Source: Balanoglossus misakiensis
Lineage: Eukaryota; Animalia; Hemichordata
DNA length: 64,000 bases
Reading direction: 5' to 3'
Assembly: GCA_040954595.2 (NCBI GenBank)
Contig: CM082585.2
Span: 5,853,808 to 5,917,807, forward strand
Part shown: positions 1-13,724 of the stretch, piece by piece
How the letters are laid out: every line of letters starts with the position of its first letter
How positions within the stretch are numbered: the stretch's first letter is position 1
The notes under the pieces: generated by a model
What the model was told of the DNA's origin: nothing
The model's database searches: none
What the model saw: only the letters and a program-made list of their open reading frames with translations
Made by a program: the position numbers and the translations under genes

Positions 1-1796
1 AGTAAAAATAACGATGTCAAATATACAAAATTTATGAAAATTGCGAGAATTATGCGAGAGAACTATGACGAAATCGCACGCATCACGCCAGAACTATGAC
101 GTCATTCTTCTACACTACGGCGGCCAAAGATTTAAAAAAAATCGCTAAATAAAAAAAATGTCCCTACCTACCTACCCTATTTTTGAAAACCATCTAATCG
201 GAACAGCACATATTATTTTTTTGGCCTTACATAATGGCTGAAAGTGTTTTGTCTATACATCAGTCCAGTTCTTGCATGACTGCTTCCCCAATGCCTGCAT
301 GCATTGAGACGGATTCAAGCTTTGCCTGTATATATTTTCCTCTCAGGGGGCCTGACTTTGTCTACCTTTTGTACCTGCCGTAGCCACTTCGCACAGGAGA
401 AAGCTCATTCTGTTATGCAGATAAAACTTGTCAGTGACAGTTTCTCATGTGACATCTGGACTACATTCCACATTTCGCTTTTTAAAAAAAATAATAAGTT
501 AACAAAAGATTACATGAACAAGAGAACAATAGTTTGTTTTGCGCTGCCCACTCTCTCTATAATAACACTTGAAAGATCGAGGTGTCAAAAAAAAGACAGT
601 TGTAAAATAAAATTGAGCCGAATTCATTCTTGATTTTTGAGTCTGTTATCGACAAAACATTCGTAATATTGACCGATAGGAACAGAATAAAGTGTGAATT
701 TTGGGATTAACCAGCTTATGTTGCGCACAGTTAAATTCAAGACAAGTTCGTGAATAACATCTTAGACATACACCGGGGACAATTAACACAACGGTTTGAC
801 ATGTTAACAGTAATTGATGACACCTATTAATCACCTGATTCCACCTACCACTGATTGCCTGTTAACGTTGAGGACATGGTCAAAATGGCCTTGAGACAGT
901 ATCTATTTCAATGTTAAATGTATAGGGGTCATCAAAGGTGAGTTTTGCATATATGTGTCCTGGGAGGTTGTACAGTACTACAATTGTTGAGACCAGGTCG
1001 AATGGTAGAGCTTGGGGCCGTTTCCCAGAATGCACTATTTTGAAGCCCTTCAAATTTAGTTTTTTTTCTTTAATTTCAGCGGAAACGGGTGACTTGTGGG
1101 TGGTGAAAATGACTTTTACTGGCTACCCAACCTACCAGAAGACATGTATGCAAAAATTACCCTAGGTGAACCCCCTCCCTTTCACTGCTCCATTGGGTGT
1201 GATGTTTCGCTGTGTTTTTAATGTTTTTGCGTACGTGTGTGTCTCCGCTGCAGTTTCACGTTCAACTCCCTCAAACATGATGAAATGCGCAGTATCCAGT
1301 ATCCAACCCACATGGACATAGTCAACACGGTTATGGTGCAAAGTTTGATTCCATGTCCGGACCAGAACTCATTTATTAACAATAGCCTGAACACATGGTT
1401 TATGAGCACCCGTGACAGGCGACGGCTTCCCCTCCCGCGTCGGGCCAACGCCAACCACCCCCCCCCCACCCCCACCCCCGCGCTTGGGACCTGTAAACCC
1501 ATGCATTAAGGCAATACTATATGAATAAAGCCATTGGTAGATATAGAACTGGGGTCAGTAGAAAATCTGTTGGCTCGGAGAATTGCTTCATCATCAGTCA
1601 AATATTCTCATGTTCTTTATCGTATATCTGACATAAATATCTTCAATCTTACAGGTACGCAATGAAAATCACACTGTCTTGAATATTTTTCTCATTTTAA
1701 CAGCACATCTTAATAGCTAAATAGGAACATCTGTCTGCTGTCATACAGAAAAATAACAATACAAGGTATATAAACACGCCAGAAAATTTCGAAGCT

Positions 1797-4700
1797 ATGC
1801 CCGAAATAAGCAAGGTAATTATCATTGAATGAGTGATAGATTACATAGAACCTTTATTTGAATTAATTACCTCACCAGCTGCCTTAATTTCCCCCCCCCC
1901 CCGCTAGACTGGAATGGAAATAAAGTAGCTGGTGAATTAGCTTTATTAAAAACATAAATCAGAACCTGTCAGCGTATGTGTGTGTTTGTCTAATAAAGCA
2001 TGATCATGAAGTAAAGTCTACTTGTACTTTGCGAATGAATATGGAAGGAAGCGAAGGCAGTCCACTATGTGAATGCGTCGAACGCAAGATTTTCAGAACA
2101 TTTGGATCGGGTGAAATGTTTTGTACGCACGAAATTAATACGCACATGCGCATAAGACGATCGCATTACACCGCATTTTAAACATAAGTGAAACAGAAGG
2201 AAACACTATGTTTTCTATTTAACTTTGTTCCATTGGCTTACAACATATATAAAAATCCGAAACATTGAAATATATTAATTCTGAATGATCCCTACATTTA
2301 GGCTACCATATGCATGTTTTTTTTTCTGTTTAGATAAAGTTAACCTTCGGTGTGACGTTATGTTTCTGTGCTATTGCTTCCTCGTATTTGCTGCTGGCTC
2401 AAGACTTTTCGACTGCGTTCGTACAAAGGACATACGGGTTAGTGATTAAGTGAAATCTTTTCTCATATTTTGCTCAAGGCAACTCGAGATTTTAAATTGA
2501 GGGTCACCGTGCAAAATGTCGAATGACATAGCAAATTTGTCTTAAAGCGCGTAGCTCGTCTCACACGCATGTTCCAACTGTAGCCGCTGGTTACAGACGT
2601 TTAGCGAACAGTCAATCCCACAAGGCAGTGCTCACACAAGATGGCGGCGACCATAATCTGTGTCGCGGAGATCGGGAAAAGAATTTCTATCACATTATGT
2701 GCCGGGTATGATGACACGAGAATGACTCGATCGCCCTCTACAGTTATATATTTTCAGAATATGCAACAAATGAGTCAGTCTCGGAGGGTCACGCACAACG
2801 TTGGATACCATTCTGGGAAGGTGGTGGATCCACGAAAAATAGTACTGTGTTGAGCAGTAGTGACACGACGTCCCTTCTTGAGTACGCCAAACACTGCAAG
2901 CAACTGAACAACGTTGCGTACGTCTTCAACCGCAAGACAGGCAGTACCACTCTGGTGACGGTGATCGACAGATTCGCGCATAAAAATAAACTCACTCACC
3001 AATTACGATTTGTGTACCACGAGGGTAGGGGATACAAAGGAACTATGCACCTCTATCTCGTGAACGGAGAAAACCACGGCGCCGAACTCCCCGCGCTGGA
3101 CATGAAACGAAGTAACCGTGTTCACGTGCCCAGAGAGGGCGGGACAGTAAACATCATCGGCGCTGATAAAACCGGACTGAACTGCACGGTAAAATCTCCC
3201 GACACGATTTTGGTCTCAATCGTACGCGAGCCAGCTGCGAACTTTGAATCCGCGTTTAATTTTTTTGGTTTGGGACGGTTTCTGAAGAAGAAATCTTATC
3301 GAAATAACACCGCCAAAATGGAAGAATTTCTACAGAACGCTGAATATTACTACAAAGTGATTCAAAGAAAGGGAAGAGAGGGTCACGTGGCCGTGGCATG
3401 GAATGGCCAAGCCTGGCATCTTGGTTTGGACCAGGAATATCACCACGACCCTGAAATTACCGACAAGTACTTTACAACACTGGAGAAAGAACTTGACTTA
3501 GTTCTTGTGACTGAATATTACGACCATTCCCTGGTGTTGCTGAAAAGGATTATGTGCTGGAAAATGGAGGATATATTGTATATATCACGCCGGGTGCGTT
3601 CGAGATCAGAGCGTGTTCCTCTCGATGAACACTTAAAAGAGTCCATACGCAAATGGAACTTTCTGGATGTCCAGATATACGACATGTTCAACAAAACGCT
3701 GTGGCGGAAAATTAAAGAATATGGGCCAGATTTCGACAAAGATTTGACAGATTTCCGCTTGGTCAAGGATACCGTGTCGAAGGACTGTGCCAAGTTTAAA
3801 AAAGTTTCCCCGAGTACTGTTCGATTTCTTGCGAAGTTTGGCATCATTGTGAAAAAATCAAAAGAATTTTGCAGAAGACTGACGGCCTGGTTCAGTATGT
3901 CAAAAGGTCTTGAATTGCATTCGGGTTATACAGGAAACGATGCGTTTTCGTTCACTCGGCAAGGTAAGGGTTTCATATCCATTTGGGATCGTCTGAGATT
4001 ATCGCAAAGGTCAATAATGCTGATAAGTAACCCATTTACTGGAAGGGGATTCTCACTTCTATTAAAGGGACAAAGTCTCTCTCTCGCTGCCTTTATTCCA
4101 TTGATTATGTATGATACAAGACACCGTTTATGTTAATGTACATGTGGATATATAATGAATCAACTTTCAACCACACACAACTTCTATCCCGTTTGCAGGA
4201 TATGAGAGTAAAGTCCCGCCAAAATGAATAAATGGTAAACACCGATTATTTATTTTGGCGCGTTTTTCACTCTCGTGTCTTCAAGTAGGATGGAAGTTGA
4301 GTGTGGTCAAACTTTTGATATCCTATTCGATATCCAAATATTTGATATCCTCAGGTTCACAAAGACGGTCGCAACATAAGGTGGCAGACGCGGGAAACAC
4401 GACTCACTGCGCCAAAGTCTATTATCACGAACGAAAATTGGCACAAGACAACAGGAGTTTAAATATATACATTTCAGCGAGTAACAGAATGTTGCAGGCC
4501 GATTTCAAGGTTGAGAAGTTGGCAAATGGGTCATACATCGCAAAGTCTGAAATAAACGACACAGAAGACATACAGGTATGGGTTTGCCGTTGAGTTTGCA
4601 ATTCTGTAGCCCTGCGTACAGGTCCGTGGTACTAGTACATGGTGGAGGCCGTGTAACGCTGGGAACACACAGACCTGTACGCAGAGCTAGCAATTCTGAA

Positions 4701-5064
4701 CGCTAAGTCATGAAACTGTTGCGGGAATCATACATTGGCCTTTGAAGATGATGCACGAATTTCACGATGAAATTAACCGATGGTGTCTATAGATAATATC
4801 GCTTCAGGCAAATAATGACCCCTGAATATATATAGTGTTTACTTAGAAATTGTGCAGACAATCTTACTTATCCAGTATCAGCTATCTTTAACATGTCATT
4901 TGAAGATTTAAGTTAGACTATGTTGTTATCCATGACTTGTTTTGCCCTTTTCTATAGACTGTCTCTTTTTATCCCCTTTATAACAGATGACTGCTGAAGC
5001 AACATTCACCCAGGACAAATTCCTCCTCGATCAAATTACACTGGTCAAGGGCCGGTGTGATTAA
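1797..5064 (+). CDS. Galactose-3-O-sulfotransferase-like (GAL3ST/cerebroside sulfotransferase family) type II membrane protein, divergent, with C-terminal extension
   Basis: Hand-spliced exons 1797-1814 (MPEISK), 2334-2437 (hydrophobic anchor IKLTFGVTLCFCAIASSYLLLA), 2744-3963, 4355-4575, 4987-5064, all GT-AG and phase-consistent. The large exon has a 5'-PSB-like motif (RKTGSTT), a 3'-PB motif (IVREPAANFESAFNFF) and the family C-terminal motifs LDLVLVTEYYDHSLVLLKRIMCW and WNFLDVQIYDMFNKTLWRKI. The small flanking exons are less certain than the core. Confidence 0.8.
4066..4318. mobile_element. Truncated copy of the TTAA-flanked non-autonomous element seen complete at 24306-24642
   Basis: Starts TTAA-AGGGACAAAGTCTCTCTCTCGCTGCC and aligns by eye with 24306-24550; the right TIR is absent. 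Lies in intron 3 of the sulfotransferase gene. Confidence 0.7.
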
Positions 5065-5154
5065 TCTGTGGCTGTGATGACTCCTGAAATGATACAGACG
5101 TCTGGAATTGTCAACAAATAAACCATAAACTCTACGAAAAAATTAACTATTAAA

Positions 5155-8100
5155 TTGATCTAAATCAATTAGCGAAATTGTATATACTACTGCGTACACA
5201 TAGAGGGCGCGAATGTCTTTCAAACCCTACACAGCTAATTCATCTGAGCTGTCATTTGAAAGAAGCCCCCTTAGCACGCTGAAATTTTTCATTGACCCAA
5301 ATATTATCACTGTATATTATAATTAAGCACTTCATGTCTACCTTTACATGTTCTTTATACGTTTTAATAGTGCTCTTAGTTGGTACTTACAGTCAATCAC
5401 TCCAAAAATAATCGTTGCTCCTGAGAGAAATTTGAAATATTTTTATAATCAACGGGTATACTTTGTAAATCTCGTCCAATCATATCCATATAGTAGATTT
5501 GAAATGTGGGAAGAGCATTTTGAAATAACAAAATAAAACAAGGAAAGACAATGTTCACAATTTTGTTATAGTAAAAATCCTCGCTTTAATTTTTTACAAG
5601 GTCAATATAAAAATTTGATATTATGAGAAACTCTGTACTAAGTCAAATATTCCAGTTAGAAGCATAACACGTGGTATTTGGACAAACAGGCGGAGGTATC
5701 CCATTGTGTGCAATTTAACTCTGTAAACAACCAGTGTTATTTCCATATTTGTTCCATCTGGAACTAACCAGCACGATACCTCTTTTATCACCACGGAAAT
5801 GCCAGAATTTCTCGACATGTAAACCACGGTCAACCATGCGTAATTACAGTAACTTGTGGCGTTTTGTAAGGCCCAAGGGCCGCCGATACTCAAGAACTGT
5901 CGAGTAGCTAGTATTACGAAAGATGAAGAAATTTGAAGAAAATTACCAAAAGTCCTGACATATACTCGTGCTATTAATTGAAATCCGGTAATACATACAC
6001 TTGCTGTGGTTGGTGTGGAATGATACATGTGCTTTGGATCTATACATAAAATGTCACATCAAATAAGGTGATATAGCTGGTCCCATTAGTCGCGTCTGAC
6101 TATACTTTACAAAATAACTCGTCCAACAGAAGTCATATATAGTAGTCGCAAATAATTTCATTTTCTTCAACATCATGAAATGAAACATGGAAAGTTTGCG
6201 TTGCACGTCACGGTTCTCATAAAAATTATTCACGAATTAAACGAGTAAAATATAACATGTGGTTCCATTCAACCATGATCTGTAATGTGTAAAGGAAGAT
6301 ATACAAATATAATCTATCTTCATGTTGTCATGCTGAGGACTCTCCGTATCAGTGTTTGTTTCATTTGAGATAAATGACTTAAGCAAACTTCTAATTAATG
6401 TACCCTTGATTAATTTTCGATTAAAGTTGGGACACCCCAATGTTTTTTGCATTTATCATGATGTGAGTTCTGTACTCCAGTGTTTACTTGGTTTTGAAAA
6501 AATACGTCTCCAGCAGCTTTAGAATTAATGTACCTTAATGTACCTGTCATTATTTTTTCTAATAAATTTGGGACACGCTTTTCGTGTTAACATTGCATTC
6601 GTATCACTTTACCCGTCAACTGGTCTTGCCGGAGATTGTGCCAATACCTGCAGAAGATCCACTCCATCGTAAGTCAAAAAATTCTACTTCTTTTTATACT
6701 ACATGTAGATTTTGTTTGGACCATACTTTTCGAATTTCGTGCATATTGCATTGCGTGTGCTCAAGACACTTTACAATTTCTGTTCAACGCCTTGTAAAAT
6801 ATAATCCAACAATACATCATGCTATCGGCACTATAAACTAAACATAATGTAGTCAAATATATTGGCAAACTAATAACAAAGTTTCACTTGGGATTATAAC
6901 TAATTTTGCTGCGTCTGTCTACACGTGAGGTTGTTTGATACCAATACATGTACTATTCTATTTCCACTGCGATCGTTTTATTATACAACGATGCATATAC
7001 GTGCAAGCACCCTCTATTTAAATTAGGACGAACTCTCTACAGAATTATGAAGCCAAATTTGCGGGTTTTATTTTTCTGCAGGTATCTTGTACAATGGCGT
7101 TTAAGACAGTAACATGGATGACATTCGTACTGTTACTGGTGTTTCCCGACAGTGCGTTACTCACAGACGATAGTGTAGGAACCGATCACAAAGTTGGTCA
7201 GTATTAATCTTCGCGCATTTATACAGTCACCTGTCTTCGGACTACTTTCATTACATATGACACCCTGATGTGACACAGTCCCTCACATATGACGGCACAG
7301 GTCGCGCGCAGAGGTCATATTCTTCTGTTATTATTGGATGTGTTTCCTGAGGTTTCATGAAAATTCAAGTTTCGACTGTGGCGTTTTAATTTTCAGTACA
7401 GTGATGCAGCAGAGACAGTCCAGAGACGTTCGCTCATTGTTCCTATTTACACAACTTTAGTTATGCAAATTAGGGTCATGTTGGGTCAGGTCATCAGTAG
7501 ATTAGCTCAGGTCGGGAGATCGAATCGCCAACATTCGAAAACACTAGCGATAGCGAGAGATTTTCGTCAATGATGAAGTTTCAAAGTACACCGACAAGTA
7601 AATGTTTTGTTATTCTGATGATAGTTTGGGAGAATATAAACTTAGGCCTACGTGCCAAAATTTCGCCGATCTGCTCTAGCGTTCGTGGAGTTTGATGTTT
7701 ACAAACAAAACGTAGTCCCACTTGTTTACTCATTGGAATGATATGCCTTGAATATATTTTTCTCACCTAAAATTCATTTAATGACCACATGACTAGTTTG
7801 CATAGTTCCGCTCTGAAGTTAGTTTACAAAACTGATAACATATGGGATGTATATTTTTATACGGTACGCTTATATAGTTCCCCCGTATTTCGAACGATTG
7901 TGCCTGCAATGCGCATCGCGGACGAGTGGTTGTCGTGTGGCGACCGTTTGCAGCGCTAATTTAAAGTCAATAATGATTTACAAATGATGTTTGCATTTCA
8001 GAGCATCGGCCACCGGTGGATTGCTATGACATTTATCAGTGGAACAAAGAAGCCCCAAGTGGTGTATACACTGTGCAACCCACAGACGGTGGAACCCAAT

Positions 8101-8676
8101 TCGAAGTCTACTGTGATATGGAGACAGATAACGGAGGGTGGACGGTATGTAGGAATATTGTTTTGCAATGTTTGCACATACCAGTAGACCCTTCTCTCTA
8201 TGGTATATTTTTGGCATTGAAAATAAAACGTTCTTAAAGAAAAACTAAATTAAATCTGCATCTCGGGATTTGCATTCAACTAAGTATTAGTATGTAAAAC
8301 TAGTGCCAACTAACGCAATAATCTATTTCAGTCTGGTGGTGATGGCTTTCACGATATTACACCCATTCTTTTAATATTAAAGGTCTTTCAAAGAAGACAC
8401 GATGGCAGCTTAGATTTCTATCGTTACTGGAATGACTACAAGAATGGATTTGGGTTTCCATCTGCTGAGTTCTGGCTAGGAAATGATAAGCTCTACCGAT
8501 TAACAAATCGACGGACTTATGAACTCAGAATCGACATGGAAGACTTCGATGGCGAAACCAAATATGCAAAATATGATAAATTTGTCATTGGTGATGAATT
8601 CAGTAAATATAAGCTGACTGCTGGAGAATATAGTGGAGACGCAGGTACGTAGACAGTTGTCTCAGCATGCAAGCCA
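5155..8676 (+). repeat. Segmental duplication, copy 1: upstream region plus exons 1-3 of FReD-A, near-identical to 10262-13724
   Basis: Long collinear near-identity with small indels, e.g. TACTGCGTACACATAGAGGGCGCGAATGTC at about 5187 and 10288. The spurious ORFs 5621-6028 and 10727-11164 are also near-identical. Confidence 0.95.
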
Positions 8677-9111
8677 GCGTAGACTCGTTCCTAGTCCAAT
8701 GAGGGCGCTTAATACTCCACTGTTGGGAGCACGTGGGGAACAACTTGCAATGCATCATAATTACTGTTTACGTCATGGTATTTTTAACATGAGTATAATT
8801 AAGAAAAGCCGTAAGAAAACAATGGACATACTATTTTCATTTGTATATGTTTTTTTACAGGAGACAGTCTTGAATGGCACAGAGGCCAATATTTCACAAC
8901 CAGAGATAGTGACAATGACTTAGATACGGCAAACAACTGTGCCAAATTGTACACCGGGGCATGGTGGTACAAACATTGTCATAAATCCAATTTGAATGGT
9001 CAGTACCTTGGTGAGAAGGAAGAGTACGGTACGGGGATAGTTTGGAAAACGTGGAAAGAGTATTATTATTCTTTGAAGAGTACTGAGATGAAAATAAGAC
9101 CTGCTCAGTAA
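7094..9111 (+). CDS. Secreted fibrinogen C-terminal domain protein (FReD-A; ficolin/tachylectin-5/MFAP4-like, no collagen domain)
   Basis: Exons 7094-7196 (signal peptide [23 protein letters not shown]), 8002-8144 (PVDC...[13 protein letters not shown]), 8383-8644 ([24 protein letters not shown]...EFWLGND...GDAG), 8861-9111 (DSL...FTTRDSDND...NCA...GAWWY..CH.SNLNG...EMKIRPAQ*). Frame is intact across all junctions. A possible 5'UTR exon donor lies at 6669. Confidence 0.93.
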
Positions 9112-9216
9112 CGAATTAATTAGTCGAAAATGTCACAACTAGTATATTCAGAGGTAGAATGTGTTAATTTTGCTGTTTCTCAGAAGATATTAAGAAAAAT
9201 TAGCGATCAAGAGAAA

Positions 9217-10264
9217 GACATTAAATCGGTTTTCAGGTGAACTTTAATCTACTGACACTAGTTTGAGACTTTTCAAAACTTGAAGAGAATAAAACACAAT
9301 GAAAACATACTGGACAGCCTGTCATGTCATCATTTCAAATTGGGATAGCGGGAAGGTTGAAAATTCAACATCTTAAGACATCGAATAACCAAACGCAATT
9401 CTGTAAACGCATAACCGGGTATTGAGGCAGAAAACTGATTCACCAAGTTTCATTCGACTTCCAATGACAGAAATGGCTAACAATTCTGCCATCGGGCACT
9501 CGGTGAGAATATACATAAACCATAAATGGTGACCGAGGAAATATCAGTTGAATGCAAAGACGTTTCCTGAAAACAAGGCAGTACAACTTGTGACTTGGAA
9601 AAAAAAAACTTAAAAGAACACAGGAATCTGCGTGGAGATACAGATGCTTATACAAAAGAATACACATCAACTACAACTAGAAATGCACGTTGGGGGCTCC
9701 CTCTCTCTCTCACTCACACATACACAAGGATATACAACAGATTCATACATACATTCTGTCAAACACTGACATATTGCACAATGTATGGCTACTTATTATT
9801 CATAATGCATAAATTAAAAAAAGGGTAGATTGGTACTACGACCACGGTCTATGTAGCCATTCAATGAACTGCCTTTGCCGCGGAATAGAAAACAACCCTG
9901 TCCTCGTTGTCATGGAGATAAGGCTTGTGTTAATTCAGTGCTTGGTATGTACAATGGCTACTCGCACACTGCCCTTATACTAGTCCACACCAATCTACTT
10001 GTGTGTCTCTGATTTGGATACGATGAGTTGCACATCTGGTTACCTCTAAGTGACACACGCTGCTTGAGTAGAAGACGTCTAATAGAGACCGAGTTGTAGA
10101 AAAAGTGTCAGAGGTTGACAATATCACTAAAACTGCCAAATTCACAATCTGAATGCAACAGGGGTCTGCCCAGGTTGACTTGAGCATTTGCGACTCATTA
10201 ATATTAATGTTCATTAATATTCATGTACATTAATATTCATACTCATTGATATTCACGTCTGTTG
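9217..10264 (+). repeat. About 1 kb segment duplicated at 22400-23535
   Basis: Begins AGACATTAAATCGGTTTTCAGGTGAAC and ends GATATTCACGTCTGTTG in both places; collinear with small indels. Confidence 0.95.
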
Positions 10265-13200
10265 ACCTAAATCAATTAGCAAAATTGTACTGCGTACACA
10301 TAGAGGGCGCGAATGTCTTTCAAACCCTACACAGCTTCTTACCCAGCTTATTCTTCTAAACTGTCATTTGAAAGAAGCCCCCTTAGCACGCTGAAATTTT
10401 TCATTGACCCAAATATTATCACTGTATATTATAATTAAGCACTTCATGTCTACCTTTACATGTTCCTTATACGTTTTAATAGTGCTCTTAGTTGGTACTC
10501 ACAGTCAATCACTCCAAAAATAATCGTTGCTCATGAGAGAAATTTGAAATATTTTTCAACGGGTATACTTTGTAAATCTCGTCCAATCATATCCTTAGTA
10601 GATTTGAAATGTGGGAAGAGCATTTTGAAATAATAAAATAAAACAAGGGAAGACAGTGTTCACAATTTTGTTATGGTAAATATCCTCGCTTTAATTTTTT
10701 TACAAGGTCAACATGGAAATTTGATATTATGAGAGACTCTGTACTAAGTCAAATATTCCAGTTAGAAGCATAACAAGTGGTATTTGGGCAAACAGGCGGA
10801 GGTATCCCATTGTGTGCAATTTAACTCTGTAAACAACCAGTGTTATTTCCATATTTGTTCCATCTGGAACTAACCAGCACGATACCTCTTTTATCACCAC
10901 GGAAATGCCAGAATTTCTCGACATGTAAACCACGGTCAACCATGCGTAATTACAGTAACTTGTGGCGTTTTGTAAGGCCCAAGGGCCACCGATACTCAAG
11001 AATTGTCGAGTAGCTAGTATTACGAAAGATGAAGAAATTTGAAGAAAATTACCAAAAGTCCTGACATATACTCGTGCTATTAATTGAAATCCGGTAATAC
11101 ATACACTTGCTGTGGTTGGTGTGGAATGATACATGTGCTTTGCATCTATACTAAATTGTGTCACATCAAATAAGTTGATATAGCTGGTCCCATTAGTCGC
11201 GTCTGACTATACTTTAAAAAATAACTCGTCCAACAGAAGTCATATATAGTAGTCGCAAACAATTTCATTTTCTTCAACATCATGAAATGAAACATGGAAA
11301 GTTTGCGTTACACGTCACGGTTCTCATAAAATAATTATTCACATATTAAACGAAAAAAATTAACATATGGTTCCATTCAACCATGATCTGTAATGTGTAA
11401 AGGAAGAAAAACAAATATATTCTATCTCCATGTTGTCATGCTGAGGATTCTCCGTATCAGTGTTTGTTTCATTTGAGATAAATGACTTTAGCAAACTTCT
11501 AATTAATGTACCCTTGATTAATTTTCGATTAAAGTTGGGACACCCCAATGTTTTTTTGCATTGATCATGATGTGAGTTCTGTACTCCAGTGTTTACTTGG
11601 ATTTGAAAAATTACGTCTCCAGCAGCTTTAGAATTAATGTACCTGTCATTATTTTTTCTAATAAATTTGGGACACGCTTTTCGTGTTAACATTGCATTCG
11701 TATCACTTTACCCGACAACTGGTCTTGCCGGAGATTGTGCCAATACCTGCAGAAGATCCACTCCATCGTAAGTAAACAAATTCTACTTCTTTTTATACTA
11801 GATTTTGTTTGGACCCTACTTTTCGAATTTCGTGCATATTGCATTGCGTGTGCTCAAGACACTTTACAATTTCTGTTCAACGCCTTGAAAAATATAATCC
11901 AACAATACATCATGCTATCGGCACTATAAACCAACACAATGTAGTCAAATATATTGACAAACTAATAACAAAGTTTCACTCGGGTTTATAACAAATTTTG
12001 CTGCACCTGTCTTCGCGGGAGGTTGTTTGATACCAATACTATTCTGTTTCCACTGCGATCGTTTTATTATACAACGATGCATATACGTGCAAGCACCCTC
12101 TATTTAAATTAGGACGAACTCTCCACAGAATTATGAAGCCAAATTTGCGGGTTTTATTTTTCTGCAGGTATCTTGTACAATGGCGTTTAAGACAGTAACA
12201 TGGATGACATTCGTACTGTTACTGGTGTTTCCCGACAGTGCGTTACTCACAGACGATAGTGCAGGAACCGATCACAAAGTTGGTCAGTATTAATCTTCGC
12301 GCATTTATACAGTCACCTGTCTTCGGACTACTTTCATTACATATGACACAGTCCCTCACATATGACGGCAAAGGTCGCGCGGAGAGGTCATATTCTTCTG
12401 TTATTATTGGATGTGTTTCCTGAAGTTTCATGAAAATTCAAGTTTCGACCGTGGCGTTTTAATTTTCAGTACAGTGATGCAGCAGAGACAGTCCAGAGAC
12501 GTTCGCTCATTGTTCCTATTTACACAACTTTAGTTATGCAAATTAGGGTCATGTTGGGTCAGGTCATCAGTAGATTAGCTCAGGTCGGGAGATCGAATCG
12601 CCAACATTCGAAAACACTAGCGATAGCGAGAGATTTTCGTCAATGTTGAAGTTTCAAAGTACACCGACAAGTAAATGTTTTGTTATTCTGATGATAGTTT
12701 GGGAGAATAATAAACTTAGGCCTACGTGCCAAAATTTCGCCGATCTGCTCTAGCGTTCGTGGAGTTTGATGTTTACAAACAAAACGTAGTCCCACTTGTT
12801 TACTCATTGGAATGATATGCCTTGAATATATTTTTCTCACCTAAAATTTATTTAATAACCCATTGACTAGTTTGCATAGTTCCGCTCTGAAGTTAGCTTT
12901 ACAAAACTGATAACATATGGGATGTATATTTTTATATAGTTGGCTTATATAGTCCCCCTTTATTTCGAACGATTGTGCCTGCAATGCGCATCGCGGACGA
13001 GTGGTTGTCGTGTGGCGACCGTTTGCAGCGCTAATTTAAAGTCAATAATGATTTATAAATGATGTTTGCATTTCAGAGCATCGGCCACCAGTGGATTGCT
13101 ATGACATTTATCAGTGGAACAAAGAAGCCCCAAGTGGCGTATACACTGTGCAACCCACAGACGGTGGAACCCAATTCGAAGTCTACTGTGACATGGAGAC

Positions 13201-13724
13201 AGATAACGGAGGGTGGACGGTGTGTAGGAATATTATTTTGCAATGTTTGCACATAGACCCTTCCCTCTATGTTGTATGCTTGGCATTGAAAATAAAACGT
13301 TCTTAAAGAAAAACTAAATTAAATCTGCATCCCGGGATTAGTATATAAAACTAGTGCTAACTAACGCAATAATCTATTTCAGTCTGGTGGTGATGGCTTT
13401 CACGATATTACATCCATTCTTTTAATATTAAGGTCTTTCAAAGAAGACACGATGGCAGCTTAGATTTCTATCGTTACTGGAATGACTACAAGAATGGATT
13501 TGGGTTTCCATCTGCTGAGTTCTGGCTAGGAAATGATAACCTCTACCGACTAACAAATCGACGGACTTATGAACTCAGAATCGACATGGAAGACTTCGAT
13601 GGCGAAACCAAATATGCAAAATATGACAAATTTGTCATTGGTGATGAATTCAGTAAATATAAGCTGACTGCTGGAGAATATAGCGGAGACGCAGGTACGT
13701 AGACAGTTGTCTCAGCATGCAAGC
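10262..13724 (+). repeat. Segmental duplication, copy 2: upstream region plus exons 1-3 of FReD-B
   Basis: Near-identical to 5155-8676. Confidence 0.95.

Noticed and set aside
1-230. Possible right end of a DNA transposon (CCTACCTACCTACCC...TTTTTTTGGCCTTA)
   Set aside because: The partner TIR would lie outside the window, so it cannot be verified.
5621-6028. 135-aa minus-strand ORF with a near-identical copy at 10727-11164
   Set aside because: Conservation is explained by the recent segmental duplication; no recognisable motifs or splice structure.
5790-6200. Possible NF-kB-like sites upstream of FReD-A/B (e.g. GGAAATGCC)
   Set aside because: Imperfect matches to GGGRNNYYCC and expected by chance.
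8370-8383. Weak AAG acceptor shared by exon 3 of all three FReD genes as a sign of regulated skipping
   Set aside because: AAG acceptors are uncommon but functional, and sharing follows from paralogy.
9440-10214. Short ORFs repeated at 22702-23485
   Set aside because: They lie in the duplicated non-coding segment, and indels between the copies shift their frames.
10195-10256. CATTAATATT(C/A)ATG short palindromic repeats (also 23467-23526) as a CRISPR-like or regulatory array
   Set aside because: Only 3-4 degenerate AT-rich units with no unique spacers, in a eukaryotic context.
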